From contig OZ244621.1 of the NCBI GenBank assembly GCA_965218425.1, positions 288,001 through 352,000 on the forward strand: a stretch of DNA of 64,000 bases, read 5' to 3'. The position numbers and the translations under genes are program-made. The notes beneath the pieces are model-generated. The model searched no databases. It was not told where the DNA came from and saw only the letters and a program-made list of their open reading frames with translations. The first letter of the stretch is position 1, and every line of letters begins with the position of its first letter. Source of the DNA: an uncultured Candidatus Binatia bacterium (lineage in GTDB: Bacteria; Desulfobacterota; Binatia; UBA9968; CAXXLF01). Below, one piece after another: positions 27,835 through 37,943 of this stretch.

Positions 27835-30240
27835 TTAGTCTGCCGGACTCACGCGGCAAAGGTACGAACGGTGCGGGAGGGAACCGCTAATCGGATCGGT
27901 CAGATCCGAGCCGATGAGAGTGCCAGGATTAGCGCCATCTGAGGTGTATGGGTTATAGCCGGGCAAGTCAAGTTCACTGCAGGCCTGCCACCACCCGTGT
28001 TGGCAACAAACAACTCCAGGAAGTATTCTATCCGTAACATAGGCGCGGAGCTTGATGGCGCCCTTGGGGGATTCCACCACCATCCACTCCTTATGCTTGA
28101 TCCCATATCGTGAAGCGGTGTCCGGATGTAACTCAGCCATGGGTTCTGGAGATGATTTGCGAAGACGCGATATTGCGCGCTGCTGGCTATGAACAAAGGT
28201 AGGAAACTTCGCATTCGTTAGGATCAAAGGAAAGTCTGCCGCAACTTCTGGCCGGCTAACCGGACTCATGGCAGGCTCTTTATAGTCCGGAAAAGGCGGT
28301 AAACCGTGCTTGGCAAAAGTATGGGAGTAAAGTTCCACCTTGCGTGAAGGCGTGGCAAAGCCGCGAGGCTTGCCGGTCCGGTCCCCTTCGGCATACTTAC
28401 GGTATCGCACGGGCTGAGAAACCGTGATTCCTCCCGGCGAGGATTTCAACTGTTCCAGCTGAATGCCCGTAGATACCAGCTCATAGGCGTATCCTGCCTC
28501 AATGTCTCCATGCCAAAAACGCTCACCATATCCGAGACGTTTCGCCAATTCAAAGATAATCCAGGTATCCGAGCGGCGCTCCGCAAGCGGTGGTACCACG
28601 GCAGGCCGGTATTGTAAGTGAGTTGTCCCCCCCGGGCGATGGCGGAAACCGGTGGTAACATTGGTCATCTCGAGAAAGCTCGTAGCGGGAAGCACATAGT
28701 CGCACAGCTCTGCCGTAGGTGTCATGAAGAGATCGACCGCAACACTAAATTCGACATTGCTATAGGCCTCCCGCGCCTTGCGGGAATCGCCGCTCGACAT
28801 CACGGGGTTGGTACCAAAATTAAGCAGCGCCTTCACCGGGTAAGGATGGTCTTCCAAAACCGCAGTAAAGACGTCGTAGGGGGCGCAGTTGCCCGGCTTG
28901 GCAGGCGGCCCAAGGGGTTTTTCCGACAGCCCGATTCTCTGCGCGGCCATTTCCTTGGATAAAAATTCATTTCCCTCCACCGCATTGGCCCGGGCACTGG
29001 GAAAAAGAACGTTCCCGCCCGGTTGATCAAAACTGCCTAATAGAGCATACAGCGTCGCAACTGCTCTGCTGGTCTGTGTGGCATTGGTGTGCTGGCCGAG
29101 GCCATTCCACATGTACATGCTTACGGGAGTGCTATTGGCAAGGAGTTGGGCCGCCTGCCAGGTTTTTTTTGCGGGGACATGGGTAATCGTCTCCGTAGAT
29201 TCCGGAGTGTAGTGAGACGACGCCTCGGCAAGGAACTCAAAGGCCGATTTGCAAGGAATCCCCTTCCCGTCTTTTCCACCGAGCGTTCTGTCGCCGAAGA
29301 GCCCTGGTCGAACCGTGTCTCTCTCGTAACACCCTTCGGAAGGATCATAGATCGCTGGACTCTGGCTCCTCTCATCCCAAATGACGTACCGCCCCGGGTT
29401 TCCCCCTTTCACGAGATCAGCCTCGGTCACAGGCCTCAGGGTTTTCACGCTGAGGAGAAAAGGTCCATTGGTCCAGTGTCTGAGAAAATCCGCGTCGAAC
29501 CAGCTCTCCTCTATCAACGCGTTTATGAGGGCCAAGGCAAGGGCACCATCCGTTCCTGGCCGAACCTGAAGGAGAACGTCCGCCTGCCCGGAAATACCCA
29601 CCCGCCGTGGATCCACGGCCACCACCTTCATGCCTCGTGATCTTGCCACTACAATGTCATGGGCCAGGACAATGGATGTGGCGCTTGGGTTATGCCCCCA
29701 GAGCAGAAAAGCGTTGCTGTGGGAAAGATCGGGTATGGGGAGATTCGACCCAAAGGTAAAGCCGAAGGCGGTGTCCTTGTGCCAATTGCACACGTGGGTC
29801 GTGGATACCCAGTTGGGGCTACCGAAACAATAGAGCAATCGCCCCAGCCATCGCTCCGCATCGTCCACCGAGGTCCCGCTGCGGGTTCCTTTGGCGAGGG
29901 CCATGGCACGGGCGCCGTGGCGCTCACGTATGGATAGTAACTTCCGGGCAATTGCGTCCAGTGCGTCATCCCAACTCACCCTGACCCACCCGGGGTCGGG
30001 ATCCCCCTTGGGCCGCGTCCGCTTCAAGGGGTAGTCGAGCCGCTCCGGGTGATAGACCAGGTCAGGAGCGGCCCTGCCTTTGATACAAATGACACCGCCG
30101 TTGGGATGATCGTGATCCGGTTCGAGCCGGGTTACCCGACCGTCTTCAACCGTCGCTATGGTGGCGCAGTGCGCTGTGCAAAGGGCGCAGTAACCGCGGA
30201 CCGTGGACCTTTCATTTGGGGCTGGAGCTTCACTGGACAT
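27835..30240 (-). CDS. DMSO-reductase family (bis-MGD) molybdopterin oxidoreductase with N-terminal 4Fe-4S; no signal peptide
   Basis: CALCTAHC..C, RLDYPLKR, VRPGTDGAL, DYVLPA, TPSRKVEL, HGWW. Confidence 0.92.
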   Translation of the reverse strand: MSSEAPAPNERSTVRGYCALCTAHCATIATVEDGRVTRLEPDHDHPNGGVICIKGRAAPDLVYHPERLDYPLKRTRPKGDPDPGWVRVSWDDALDAIARKLLSIRERHGARAMALAKGTRSGTSVDDAERWLGRLLYCFGSPNWVSTTHVCNWHKDTAFGFTFGSNLPIPDLSHSNAFLLWGHNPSATSIVLAHDIVVARSRGMKVVAVDPRRVGISGQADVLLQVRPGTDGALALALINALIEESWFDADFLRHWTNGPFLLSVKTLRPVTEADLVKGGNPGRYVIWDERSQSPAIYDPSEGCYERDTVRPGLFGDRTLGGKDGKGIPCKSAFEFLAEASSHYTPESTETITHVPAKKTWQAAQLLANSTPVSMYMWNGLGQHTNATQTSRAVATLYALLGSFDQPGGNVLFPSARANAVEGNEFLSKEMAAQRIGLSEKPLGPPAKPGNCAPYDVFTAVLEDHPYPVKALLNFGTNPVMSSGDSRKAREAYSNVEFSVAVDLFMTPTAELCDYVLPATSFLEMTNVTTGFRHRPGGTTHLQYRPAVVPPLAERRSDTWIIFELAKRLGYGERFWHGDIEAGYAYELVSTGIQLEQLKSSPGGITVSQPVRYRKYAEGDRTGKPRGFATPSRKVELYSHTFAKHGLPPFPDYKEPAMSPVSRPEVAADFPLILTNAKFPTFVHSQQRAISRLRKSSPEPMAELHPDTASRYGIKHKEWMVVESPKGAIKLRAYVTDRILPGVVCCQHGWWQACSELDLPGYNPYTSDGANPGTLIGSDLTDPISGSLPHRSYLCRVSPAD

Positions 30241-30569
30241 TGGAGGGATTAAGAATACTGGAAATTCGCTTTCTGGTAAACCCCGTGTAGGGTGTAAGTT
30301 TACATCTCAATTGTCCGCTTTTTTCCACATCCCAGCTGTCCTAGGTTGCAGCTTTCAGCCAATGACCTCGCTACCACGGTCGATCCTCCTTCAGCATCGT
30401 CCACACCCGCCACCCAACACCTCCTATAACAAATTTAAGGACAATTAAGATATGAGATCACACCACCACAAAAGATGCAATCGCACATCTCCACTAGGGC
30501 TGGTTGACTGTCTTCCTGTGTTTCCATATTACGAGACGCCTAGGGTATGTTGTGTAAAAGGAGAACCTT

Positions 30570-30960
30570 GTGGGGAAGATCATACGAGAGTTTGCGACCC
30601 ACTGGGATAGAGATGCCCCGATCTGGTTTGAGCGAGATGAGGACGAGCTGATCGGTACCCAGCGAAGCGGCGGCCGCCCCATACCTCGAATCCGTATCTT
30701 TGACTTGTTCTCTGGCGCCACAAATCGCGCGGGCTACAAGCCGATGGTCCTTTGGGCCGGTGAGGACGGCATTTATTGAAGCCCACAACATAAACGGGCC
30801 GGAGCCTCACTTCCATCGTCCAGCCGACTTTGATGTTCTCGTGCTTCAGTTCTCTGGCAGTGCTGCGGCCGAAACCGAGTTCGGGGAGTTTCATATAGCT
30901 CCCGGCCAAACGATGCACATTCCAGTTAAAGTCGTTCTCCGGGTAACGGACATAGTATAC
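30570..30960 (+). pseudogene. Frameshifted cupin protein resembling the homogentisate 1,2-dioxygenase cupin region
   Basis: AAGGAG RBS and GTG start; 1-nt shift near 30764 leads into FHRPADFDVLVLQFSG..ETEFGEFHIAPGQTMHIP; 3' end uncertain. Confidence 0.5.
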
Positions 30961-31365
30961 CTCCATCGAATATCTCCGATTCCCTTTGCTTATTCGTCGA
31001 GCATCGGAACACTGCCACGCTACGTAGCGCGTCGCTACCCGACTTTTATTTGTGGCACCTATATTCCCCAGCCAAAGGGATGTTATGCATGCACCTTCTC
31101 CCTGGTTCGCCCGCTCCTATCTTGCTCCTCTTTAACATTGACAGTCACAAGAAAGTTATAGTAGCTTGCCGCAATGCAAATGGAAGCCATGATCGATCTG
31201 ATCTGCGGTAGTGGCTCAATCATAGACGGCCGCTACCATCCGGGGTGGGCGCGCCTTGGAGCGCAGGGATGGGTAGTTGACGGAGGCCAATGATACTGAG
31301 GTGAACTTTCCCGTTTGACGTTCGACGAGGAATCAATAAGGCATTAAAACTAAGAGGATAGTAGC

Positions 31366-31563
31366 ATGGCAACCAAACCAGGAACGAAATCAACGGAAGC
31401 GAAGGTTTACGCCCAGGAGCGTATCGGCGAGTTTATGACCACCTGGAAGTGGCGGGTCCCCATCGACCCCACAAGGCATGTTTTCAACAGCAGTTTCGAG
31501 GTTTCAACCACGGTCCACAAGGAGGCCGAGTGGAGAAAACAAGCTGTAGCCATAGGCGGGTGA
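31366..31563 (+). CDS. Small hypothetical protein (65 aa)
   Basis: GAGGA RBS and ATG; co-oriented with the downstream SBP. Confidence 0.5.
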   Translation: MATKPGTKSTEAKVYAQERIGEFMTTWKWRVPIDPTRHVFNSSFEVSTTVHKEAEWRKQAVAIGG

Positions 31564-31647
31564 GGTTGACAAGAAAGGCCCCGATACGCCAGTTAACACA
31601 AACCCGTCCGTGGTCATTTCCAAGGGTTACCCTTTTTAGAAGTTGAC

Positions 31648-32595
31648 GTGGACCAAGTGACTTTTGCGCGCTATAGCGGGGAGACCGCGCGAATTATTTT
31701 TCCACCGCTTTTCATCGGACTCGCACGGGGCTACTTTAAGGATCTCGACATTTCCGTTGCAATTGTAGAGCCCGAGGAGCAACCGTGGGTCGCCGTGGCC
31801 GAAGGCCGCGCGGACTGTGGTCCGGGATATATTGATTACTGTGCGCGGCCTGAGTTCTACGGACATATGAAGGCAGTCGCGGTTCATGAGCAGTTCCGCC
31901 CCGGACATGGCATCACCACCCTACTAGCGCGAACCGCGCTTGTTGAAAACGGCGGATTAACCGACTACCAAAGCCTCCGTGGCAAAACCATAGGGCTTGC
32001 TGGCGGTCGAGGCGACGACTACATGGCCTTTCATGGAGCCTTGCAGCAAGGGGGGCTCACCATCCAAGACGTCCGCGTCGTGCCAGCGTCCCACGGCGGC
32101 ACAGAACGCAAGCGCGCCCTACTGAACGGAGATATGGACCTCGTGATCGGACGGAGACCCCGCGGTGTCGCGACGGAAGTGTCACAGGGCCATGTGGTCC
32201 GATGGAAAATCGGCGATGAGGTTCATCCCAATCTGCAGGCCCGATTAATACTCTTCAACACCGGGTTTATAAGGGAGCGCCCAAACGTGGGATTGAGGTT
32301 CCTGACCGCTTACTTGAGAGGAGTTCGTGCCTACTGCGACGCGCTCGATAAGGGCGGCGGCACGGCCGAGATGATCGATCTCCTAACTCGAGAAACAGGT
32401 GAACCATCTGAATTGCTCCAAACCATGAAGCCGGTAGGGTTTACTGCCGATGGACTGATTGATATGCCCCGTCTTGAGTCGGAAGTGAAGGCCCTCGTCG
32501 AGCGTGGCCTTTTCCCTCAAAATATCAAAATTGCCGAGGTGGTGGATAACCGATTCGCTGAAACCGCACTCGAGGATCTCGGCGAGTACCATTAA
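31648..32595 (+). CDS. NitT/TauT (SsuA/THI5-like) ABC substrate-binding protein, no obvious signal peptide
   Basis: PLFIG..RGYF, LRGKTIG, FLTAYLRG, VVDNRFA. Confidence 0.8.
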   Translation: MDQVTFARYSGETARIIFPPLFIGLARGYFKDLDISVAIVEPEEQPWVAVAEGRADCGPGYIDYCARPEFYGHMKAVAVHEQFRPGHGITTLLARTALVENGGLTDYQSLRGKTIGLAGGRGDDYMAFHGALQQGGLTIQDVRVVPASHGGTERKRALLNGDMDLVIGRRPRGVATEVSQGHVVRWKIGDEVHPNLQARLILFNTGFIRERPNVGLRFLTAYLRGVRAYCDALDKGGGTAEMIDLLTRETGEPSELLQTMKPVGFTADGLIDMPRLESEVKALVERGLFPQNIKIAEVVDNRFAETALEDLGEYH

Positions 32596-32622
32596 TTCAA
32601 TAGTCTTGCCAGCTTGGCTTCA

Positions 32623-33111
32623 TCATGGATACGCTCGCCACCGCTCACCGTCTATCCCGGAGTCGGTAATCGGTAATATGATGAGTTGCAACCGATTCCC
32701 AAACGGGTCATAGAAGTAGACACTCTTTTCGCCAGGCTTACGCTGAGCGGCTCTGATATCGCCTTCCAAATAGGCGCCGTTGGCTTCTAAGAGTACGTAA
32801 ATATCGTCGTATTCCTCCACGGAACCTACGCTAATGGCGAGATGGGCGCCTTTATAGCGTAAACCCGAGCCCGGGTCCGGCACCTTTGTCTCATCGGGTC
32901 CGCAAAAACGCGACCGGGGTGACAGCTTGTCAACCTTCTTGAGGAATAGAAGCTGACCCGTTACATTTTTTAGGATGAGTCGACCCTGGCCAAGCTCTCC
33001 CTGGTCACGACAGATGGGCTCCAGCCCCAACGCTCCCGAGTAAAATCGTTCTGCCTGATCGAGATCCGTGACTTCCATCACAAGGTGGCTGATATCTTCA
33101 TACTCGATCAC
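32623..33111 (-). CDS. VOC family protein
   Basis: SHLVMEVTDL, HLAI, SVYFYDPFGN. Confidence 0.88.
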   Translation of the reverse strand: MIEYEDISHLVMEVTDLDQAERFYSGALGLEPICRDQGELGQGRLILKNVTGQLLFLKKVDKLSPRSRFCGPDETKVPDPGSGLRYKGAHLAISVGSVEEYDDIYVLLEANGAYLEGDIRAAQRKPGEKSVYFYDPFGNRLQLIILPITDSGIDGERWRAYP

Positions 33112-33122
33112 GGCAACCTCCG

Positions 33123-33536
33123 TTATCGGCGAACTGAGAATTCAAGCGCATTGCCATCCGAGTCACGCACCCGGATAGTCCGGCTCAGCGGTACGGCCTC
33201 AGGATACGTCGCCGGGCCTTCGTAGGGGATACCGTTTTCACGAAGCTGTTTGAGCAGTTCATCCATCATCTTCGCAGTTACGGAAAAGCCGATGCGCGGC
33301 ATGGCCTTTGCCCCCTCGGCGGAGGCAAGCTCTTCCTGGGCCAGGCAAAGTTCGAATCGGTGCCCCCCCATCTCAACGAAAGACATGATCGGGAATCCGC
33401 CCTTATAGAGTCGTTGGGTGTTAAGATTTTGAATGTGCAACGGCTTTGCGCCCAATAGCTTGCCATAGAACTGGTGCGCTCTGGGAATGTCCTCTACCAC
33501 GAACCCGCAATGATCGAAGGTTCTAATCTTTGCCAT
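33123..33536 (-). CDS. VOC family protein
   Basis: DHCGFVVED, RDSDGNALEF. Confidence 0.85.
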   Translation of the reverse strand: MAKIRTFDHCGFVVEDIPRAHQFYGKLLGAKPLHIQNLNTQRLYKGGFPIMSFVEMGGHRFELCLAQEELASAEGAKAMPRIGFSVTAKMMDELLKQLRENGIPYEGPATYPEAVPLSRTIRVRDSDGNALEFSVRR

Positions 33537-33589
33537 GGGAGACCCCTCTTTTTCAACTCATTGTTATTGACCGAACTGTATCTGTCAAG

Positions 33590-33712
33590 TTTTATCCGGT
33601 AAAACCCGAGCCACGGACTTACGTCCGTGGCTCGGGGGCGCTTCCCTTCGGGGAAGTTCGGAAAATTCATCCCCGGACTCACGTCCCGGGCGTTCTGTGG
33701 TTCGGGGTAAAC
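33590..33712. repeat. Triple-hairpin REP/IS200-IS605-like miniature element
   Basis: Perfect 14-bp stem 33605-33636 (loop TTAC); CTTCCC-TTCG-GGGAAG 33641-33656; imperfect related hairpin 33671-33690 (loop TCAC). Confidence 0.7.
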
Positions 33713-33753
33713 TGAATACGATCAATCTGGGGGTCACTGAGCCCACCTTTGTT

Positions 33754-34695
33754 TCAATCAAGATCGATGGGCGTCCCAAGGCCTTCCTTGAGCGCTTCCC
33801 CATAGACCCAAGCCGCCAAAGCTACATCGCTGTATCCACCCTGGGATTCTCGGAAAACCACAATATCATCAGAACCAGGGTTTGCTCGAACCTCACCTGA
33901 CACAATTTGTCCGAGTTCTGCGACCTGTGCCCAAGCTATTTTCCCCTCTTTGGACAATCTGATCAGTGGTTGGTCCAAGACCGTGTCATAGTACCCTAAT
34001 TCGTGCACCTTGCTCGACACAACGGTCAGTGTCGACCTTAAATACACCTTATCGTCAAATTCGTTGGGTCGTCCGATACCAAAGACCGATAGACCGGGAC
34101 GGAGCCAATTCCCCAACAACGCCGGGGCGGGGGAATTGGTGCTGACCATGACGATTTCTGCTCGCTCGATGGCTTCCTGCGGGGATGAGACAGCCTCGAC
34201 CGCCACCCCAAACCTGCGAGCAGCCTGTTTAGAAAATGCCTCTCTCCGCTGCGGACTCCTGCTGTAGACACTAACCTTCTCGACCGACCGGAGAGCTATT
34301 GCAGCCTCCATCAGGCAAGGGGCAAGTCGGCCACTTCCGATAAGCGCCACCGACCGGACATTTTTCTTCGCCAAACGCTCTAGTGCAAGTCCGACCGTTG
34401 CACTGATGCGGAGTAAGCCGAATGGAAATCCCATAATGGCAAGAAGGCGACCCGAGTCCAGTTCGAAGAGCAGCGCCAGCGGTTCCCCACCGGTCACGCT
34501 GAGCCTCATTCCTATTTTATTTTGTAGCGTCAATCCCCCTGCCACCCCGCGTATTCCTCGTTCCATTAACCGTAGCGGCGGTGTCGCTCTAATCCCCCCC
34601 TTCGCTTGATCCATGTAGGTTCTCTGCAACACTTGGATCGCTTGCCGCAGATCCATGAGCCCTTCGATCTCAGACCCGCGTAATAAAAGTGCCAT
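33754..34695 (-). CDS. Ornithine cyclodeaminase/mu-crystallin family protein (divergent)
   Basis: LRISATVG, IGSGRLA, VYSRSP..RE.F, FRESQGG. Confidence 0.8.
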   Translation of the reverse strand: MALLLRGSEIEGLMDLRQAIQVLQRTYMDQAKGGIRATPPLRLMERGIRGVAGGLTLQNKIGMRLSVTGGEPLALLFELDSGRLLAIMGFPFGLLRISATVGLALERLAKKNVRSVALIGSGRLAPCLMEAAIALRSVEKVSVYSRSPQRREAFSKQAARRFGVAVEAVSSPQEAIERAEIVMVSTNSPAPALLGNWLRPGLSVFGIGRPNEFDDKVYLRSTLTVVSSKVHELGYYDTVLDQPLIRLSKEGKIAWAQVAELGQIVSGEVRANPGSDDIVVFRESQGGYSDVALAAWVYGEALKEGLGTPIDLD

Positions 34696-34708
34696 GGGCT
34701 AACTAATC

Positions 34709-34879
34709 TTACCCCACAACGATCAGATTCATTTCCCGCTTGCCGTGACGACGGCTGCCACGTTCGGTCACGATCACGGGATCACCGATGCCGGCGTGTC
34801 CCTTGCCGCTCGCAAGAAGAACTCGAGGCTTCAGAATATATACCATGCCCGGTTTGAGTTGTTGGTTCCCGATCGGGCC
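34709..34879 (-). pseudogene. C-terminal remnant of an M24 metallopeptidase-like gene
   Basis: Hand translation GPIGNQQLKPGMVYILKPRV...IGDPVIVTERGSRRHGKREMNLIVVG*; N-terminal part absent. Confidence 0.55.
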
Positions 34880-34955
34880 AACGGGCGCACTTATCCAAAA
34901 TCTTGCACCTGCTTATTCAACCTAAAGCACTTTGAGCACAACCGCAACGGCGAGG

Positions 34956-36737
34956 TCAATCCGCCATCTTCATTTCTTCCACCATGGTGGGAAGCCAGAC
35001 AGAGACAACTGCCGGATGCCCCTTCCGGGTCGCTTCCAGGCCACGTTTCAAGGCTGGGCCCACCTGGTTGGCTTCGGAAACCACCTCGCCGTAGCCGCCC
35101 ACCGACTCCGCCAGCTTGGCGAAGTTGGGAGGCGGGTCGAATACCCCTCCCAAATAATCCCCTCTCCCCGCCGAAGCCCCTTTTGGGTATGTACCCCGTA
35201 CGGCTCTAGTGCCCGTGGAATAGGATCGGTTCGTATAGACCACGGAGAGAAACGGTGCTTTGTGATAAGCAGCCGCCCACAGTGCTTCCAGGGGACTGCC
35301 AAACATAAAAAATCCGTCTCCGGTGGCATGGACAACATCAGATGCCGGCTCGGCAAGCTTGGCCCCTACGGCGGCACCTACGCCCCACCCCCCGGTGGAG
35401 CCGGCCCGTCTAAAGTAGGAACCTGGAATGGACCGACGGTGGTACTCCCTGAGGGTTTGAGAGTTGCTCAAGGCGTCGTCCAATAGCAGGGCCTCCGGCT
35501 CGAGGATCTGTTGGATCTGATAGGACACCCAGCGGGGGTCCACCGGAGTGCGTTGCCCTGCCTTCTTTGCCTTCTCCTCAGCCGCCTCCACCAGCTCGTG
35601 TTTGCGCCGCTCCAATTTTTCGCGCCGGTCGGAGACACGGCTCATGTCGCTTTTGGAAAGCATTCCCGTCGCTGCGTCATGTATTGCCCGCGCGGCCGTT
35701 GAGGTGTCGGCCGCAAGCCACAAGTCTGCCTGGAACTCCATGGTCTTGAAGCGTGACTGCACCGGATCCGGGTCGATCCACGCAACGGCGGCATCGTGAC
35801 GCGGGGATTGTTGCGGTGGCAACCACGGTACCGCCGATTCGAAGACCACCACCACATCGGCATCCTTCGGTTCAGGACCGGTTCCATAGAGGGGATGGGT
35901 GGTGGGAAAATTCAAGCTCTGGCAGTGACGGGTATCCATGACCGGCACGGCGAGCAGCTCCGCAAGCCTAACGAGCTCAGCCACGGATTCCGGATTCCGA
36001 CCGGACTGAGCCGTATAAATACAAGGATTGTTCGCTTCCACCAGCCACTTGGCCACTTTCTTAGCATCCGCTTCATCGGGAGCCGCTGGACGAGCCACTC
36101 CAAGCTGGTCACGAGTGGGAAATTGCGTGGTACCGGATAGAGGCAACAAGGCGGTTTCGCGAGGCAGCGCTAGATAGACGGGTCCTCTCGGTTCGCTCAT
36201 GGCAACCTGCAGCATACGGCTGATCATCAGGCCCGGGTTATCCTGGTGTTCCAATCGGTGATCCAATTTCGTGTACTGACGCAGGATCTCACCCTGATCG
36301 CGAGGTTCCTGAACCCACTGAACGAAATTGTCGCGCGCCCCCGGCATGGAATCCGGAAAGGCTCGCGGGCCCGTACCCGATATCATCATGACCGGATAGT
36401 TTCCCCTCCAGGCAGTGTGGATTCCTGCGCCGTAGTTAAGCAAACCCACGTCCACGTGCACCGCGGTAGCTGTAGGTTTTCCGGTGACCATGGTGTAACC
36501 CAGTGCCGCATTCAGTGCCACACCCTCATGAACCATTGTGATGAGCTTGGGCGCCTGCCAGCCCCGCACCTCCGCCTTTGTAATGGCCTCTTGAAAGTAG
36601 CCGATCTCCGATCCCGAGACGAAGAAAAGGTAATCGATGCCGCCGAGTTTCATGGATGCCACAATGGCATCACTCCACTCTTCCGCGGGACACTCCGCCC
36701 ATCGCTTATCCAATATTCCATTCGATTCCTTGCTCAT
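34956..36737 (-). CDS. Thiamine pyrophosphate-dependent enzyme (ALS/benzoylformate decarboxylase-like)
   Basis: HEGVAL catalytic Glu; PRGPVYLALPRE; GDG..N TPP motif. Confidence 0.9.
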   Translation of the reverse strand: MSKESNGILDKRWAECPAEEWSDAIVASMKLGGIDYLFFVSGSEIGYFQEAITKAEVRGWQAPKLITMVHEGVALNAALGYTMVTGKPTATAVHVDVGLLNYGAGIHTAWRGNYPVMMISGTGPRAFPDSMPGARDNFVQWVQEPRDQGEILRQYTKLDHRLEHQDNPGLMISRMLQVAMSEPRGPVYLALPRETALLPLSGTTQFPTRDQLGVARPAAPDEADAKKVAKWLVEANNPCIYTAQSGRNPESVAELVRLAELLAVPVMDTRHCQSLNFPTTHPLYGTGPEPKDADVVVVFESAVPWLPPQQSPRHDAAVAWIDPDPVQSRFKTMEFQADLWLAADTSTAARAIHDAATGMLSKSDMSRVSDRREKLERRKHELVEAAEEKAKKAGQRTPVDPRWVSYQIQQILEPEALLLDDALSNSQTLREYHRRSIPGSYFRRAGSTGGWGVGAAVGAKLAEPASDVVHATGDGFFMFGSPLEALWAAAYHKAPFLSVVYTNRSYSTGTRAVRGTYPKGASAGRGDYLGGVFDPPPNFAKLAESVGGYGEVVSEANQVGPALKRGLEATRKGHPAVVSVWLPTMVEEMKMAD

Positions 36738-36805
36738 TTTTGTTTCCTTTCTTTTGTCCCCCAAAAACCCGCTTGAGGATAACACCGCCTATCCGTTGCC
36801 CAACT

Positions 36806-37630
36806 TCAGGTCCATGACTCGTCGGTCACATCGATCCAATTTCCGTCTGGGTCCGACAATTGGAATTTTCCCAAAGTGCAACGTTCAAAAAACCTCCTTC
36901 TCATCTCGGATTCGGGACTGCCCCCCAGGGGCCGAGAGCTGAGGTAAGTATTGTAACCATCGAGTTTCCGTACATCATTCTTGAATGCTTCCACGTCTTC
37001 CACCTTCATGCCGATGTGATCGGGTCCCGAACGTTTAATGGACATGCCGGTAAAGCCCTCGATGCTCCAGGGCATGATGCTCAGGGTCATATGCCCATCG
37101 GTGAGATGAATGTTCGGGTCCTCGGATTTTCTTCTGATGGGCTTCAATTCAAAAACTTCCGCGTAGAAATCGGCTACTTGCTTGGCATGGAGAGTCCGAA
37201 TGGCAAACCGGTTGAAGTAGCGGTCCTGATGCCATTCCTTCTCCTCAGTGTGAGCGTAGAGGTCCTTTAAATTGTCCCCGCCCTTCGGCGCGAGATCGAA
37301 CACGTTGCCGTCCGGGTCGTGACCGCTGTAGGCGGCAAAGGGCCGGGTGGACGGACGCTTGACCATGTTAGCCCCAGGGTGGTTTTTTTGCATTCTTTTC
37401 AGCACCACATCAATGCTGTCCACCAATAATCCGAAGTGGTCCACCCCGCCCACGTAACCGTCGCGACGAGGCAGAATTTGTAGCCCCACGCGCCCATCGC
37501 CGACGGTGGGCGCGGCGGCGGGGTCCCAGCTCTTTTGCGCCGATCTGAGCCCAAACAACACCTGGTAGTACTTCTCCAGCAGAGGATACTGATGACTGAT
37601 GATCGCGATATGATTCATCTGAGCAAACAC
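36806..37630 (-). CDS. Two-domain VOC family protein
   Basis: NHIAI, DHFG, DPDGNVFD; second domain DHIG, DPDGNWID. Confidence 0.85.
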   Translation of the reverse strand: MFAQMNHIAIISHQYPLLEKYYQVLFGLRSAQKSWDPAAAPTVGDGRVGLQILPRRDGYVGGVDHFGLLVDSIDVVLKRMQKNHPGANMVKRPSTRPFAAYSGHDPDGNVFDLAPKGGDNLKDLYAHTEEKEWHQDRYFNRFAIRTLHAKQVADFYAEVFELKPIRRKSEDPNIHLTDGHMTLSIMPWSIEGFTGMSIKRSGPDHIGMKVEDVEAFKNDVRKLDGYNTYLSSRPLGGSPESEMRRRFFERCTLGKFQLSDPDGNWIDVTDESWT

Positions 37631-37943
37631 CTCATTCCTCCATTCACCGAAGGATAAAAATTAAAAAAGCACCGGCGGCCCTTTTGCTTTGTCCCGCTGC
37701 CTTTCTTTTTGTTGGGCCGCTGCAACTTCAAGCACTGCCTGATGATCGGCTTGTACTCTACCCCCGGCGCCACAAGCCCGTCAATCCTCGTCCTACCTCT
37801 CTCAAGACGGAAACAGGGGTTCTGCAGGCGCCGTCCGTTTGTACAGTTTGATGAGCCCGGGAATTTTCCACAGGTCCCTTATTCACCCACCTCTTCGTCC
37901 CAGCCATGAAAAAGCTATGAATACTTTTTCGTTTTCGGAGTAA

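Noticed and set aside
31174..31293. Short ORF resembling an amidohydrolase N-terminus
   Set aside because: Too short and degenerate to support a call
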